Shown: in pieces, positions 63,173-64,000 of the stretch
Layout of the letters: every line of letters begins with the position of its first letter
Numbering within the stretch: position 1 is the first letter of the stretch
Assembly: GCF_009834535.1 (NCBI RefSeq)
Contig: NC_045697.1
Span: 47,370,001-47,434,000, forward strand
Direction: 5' to 3'
From: Camelus ferus
Lineage: Eukaryota
Length of the DNA: 64,000 nucleotides
The notes under the pieces: model-generated
The model's database searches: none
Told to the model about the DNA's origin: nothing
The model's input: the letters and a program-made list of their open reading frames with translations, nothing else
Position numbers and translations under genes: made by a program

Positions 63173-64000
63173 CTAAGGGAAAGAAGGGCAGAGAAACGTG
63201 TTTAGGTGCACGCTCTAAGCAGTTAATATGGTACACTTCCGTCTCATAACTCACTTTGTCTTCACCAATGAATTCACCAATTTTTTTTTTTCTGAAGCTT
63301 TCCATGTAGGATTTCTCTCTGAACATGAGGGTATGATACACATCTAAAGTTTTTCCCTTCCCCACTGCCCGGGAGATCCTCCAGACTCAGGACTGATAGC
63401 GATCAAGAATCACAGATATTTGTGTGTAGGAGAAGAGATAACATCACAACCACTAAGTACTTTGTAGCTGTCTTTTGCTATAAAATGAAGCTTTGTTTCC
63501 TCCTGAGCTAAAGCTGAGTGAGTGATTCAGGTACGACTGCCCTTCTCTGTCACAATGAGTGTCTGTGGAGGTGGGGTAGAGTCGACACATATTTTTTAAA
63601 AGTATTTCTGCCAAAAAGACATCATTGAGCTCTCAAACTCTAGGGTCAGTATCCCTACCCAGGAAAATAGCTTAGAAATAGAAATAATAGAAACAATCCC
63701 ACTACTCATATGGTCTCCCTCCAGCTGAAAGGGACTCCTCCAACCCTCTCTCTACAAGTTTCAGCAACGCCGCCAGCCCTCACGGCCTCAATCTGCAGCA
63801 AACGCCTCCTTGATCTACATTGTTCAGCATTTAGGTGCCTTCATACCAGGAAGCCTGTAACTTACTTATATTGGCCGCTATTCCCTGTGTGCTCTCAGAC
63901 TCTGTCTCGCCTCCCCACCATGAAGGCAAAGGACCATTACTCGCTTCCACTGCTTTTGTCTCTCCAGAGCCTGCGGTACACAATTCTAAATAAAATATGA

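Noticed and set aside
1..64000. CRISPR arrays, operons or other prokaryote-type systems
   Set aside because: The sequence is mammalian with spliced genes. There is no regularly spaced repeat-spacer array; the short direct repeats seen have only two copies.

Overview
This is mammalian genomic DNA, very probably camelid: it carries a tRNA-Ala-derived Vic-1-like SINE and cetartiodactyl-type L1 3' ends. Two tandem minus-strand genes occupy the window. (1) The 3' end of FRAS1: its last 10 coding exons (63172 down to the TAA at 41129) and a ~3.15 kb 3'UTR. (2) The 5' half of ANXA3: a CpG-island promoter with non-coding exon 1 (~30.9 kb) and exons 2-6; the rest of the gene lies left of position 1. 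All coding-exon junctions were read by hand as GT-AG and are phase-consistent. The remainder is intronic or intergenic sequence rich in L1, L2, MIR, LTR and DNA-transposon fossils; repeat family names come from remembered consensus sequences, not from a search. I found no convincing novel biological system. The best observations are a TSD-bounded L1 insertion with an apparent 3' transduction in the last FRAS1 intron, a local templated copy of an LTR segment pasted into a MIR, a non-canonical FRAS1 poly(A) site ~7 kb upstream of ANXA3, a CpG-retaining MITE in ANXA3 intron 1, and an unidentified coding-like ~1.1 kb block in ANXA3 intron 2.
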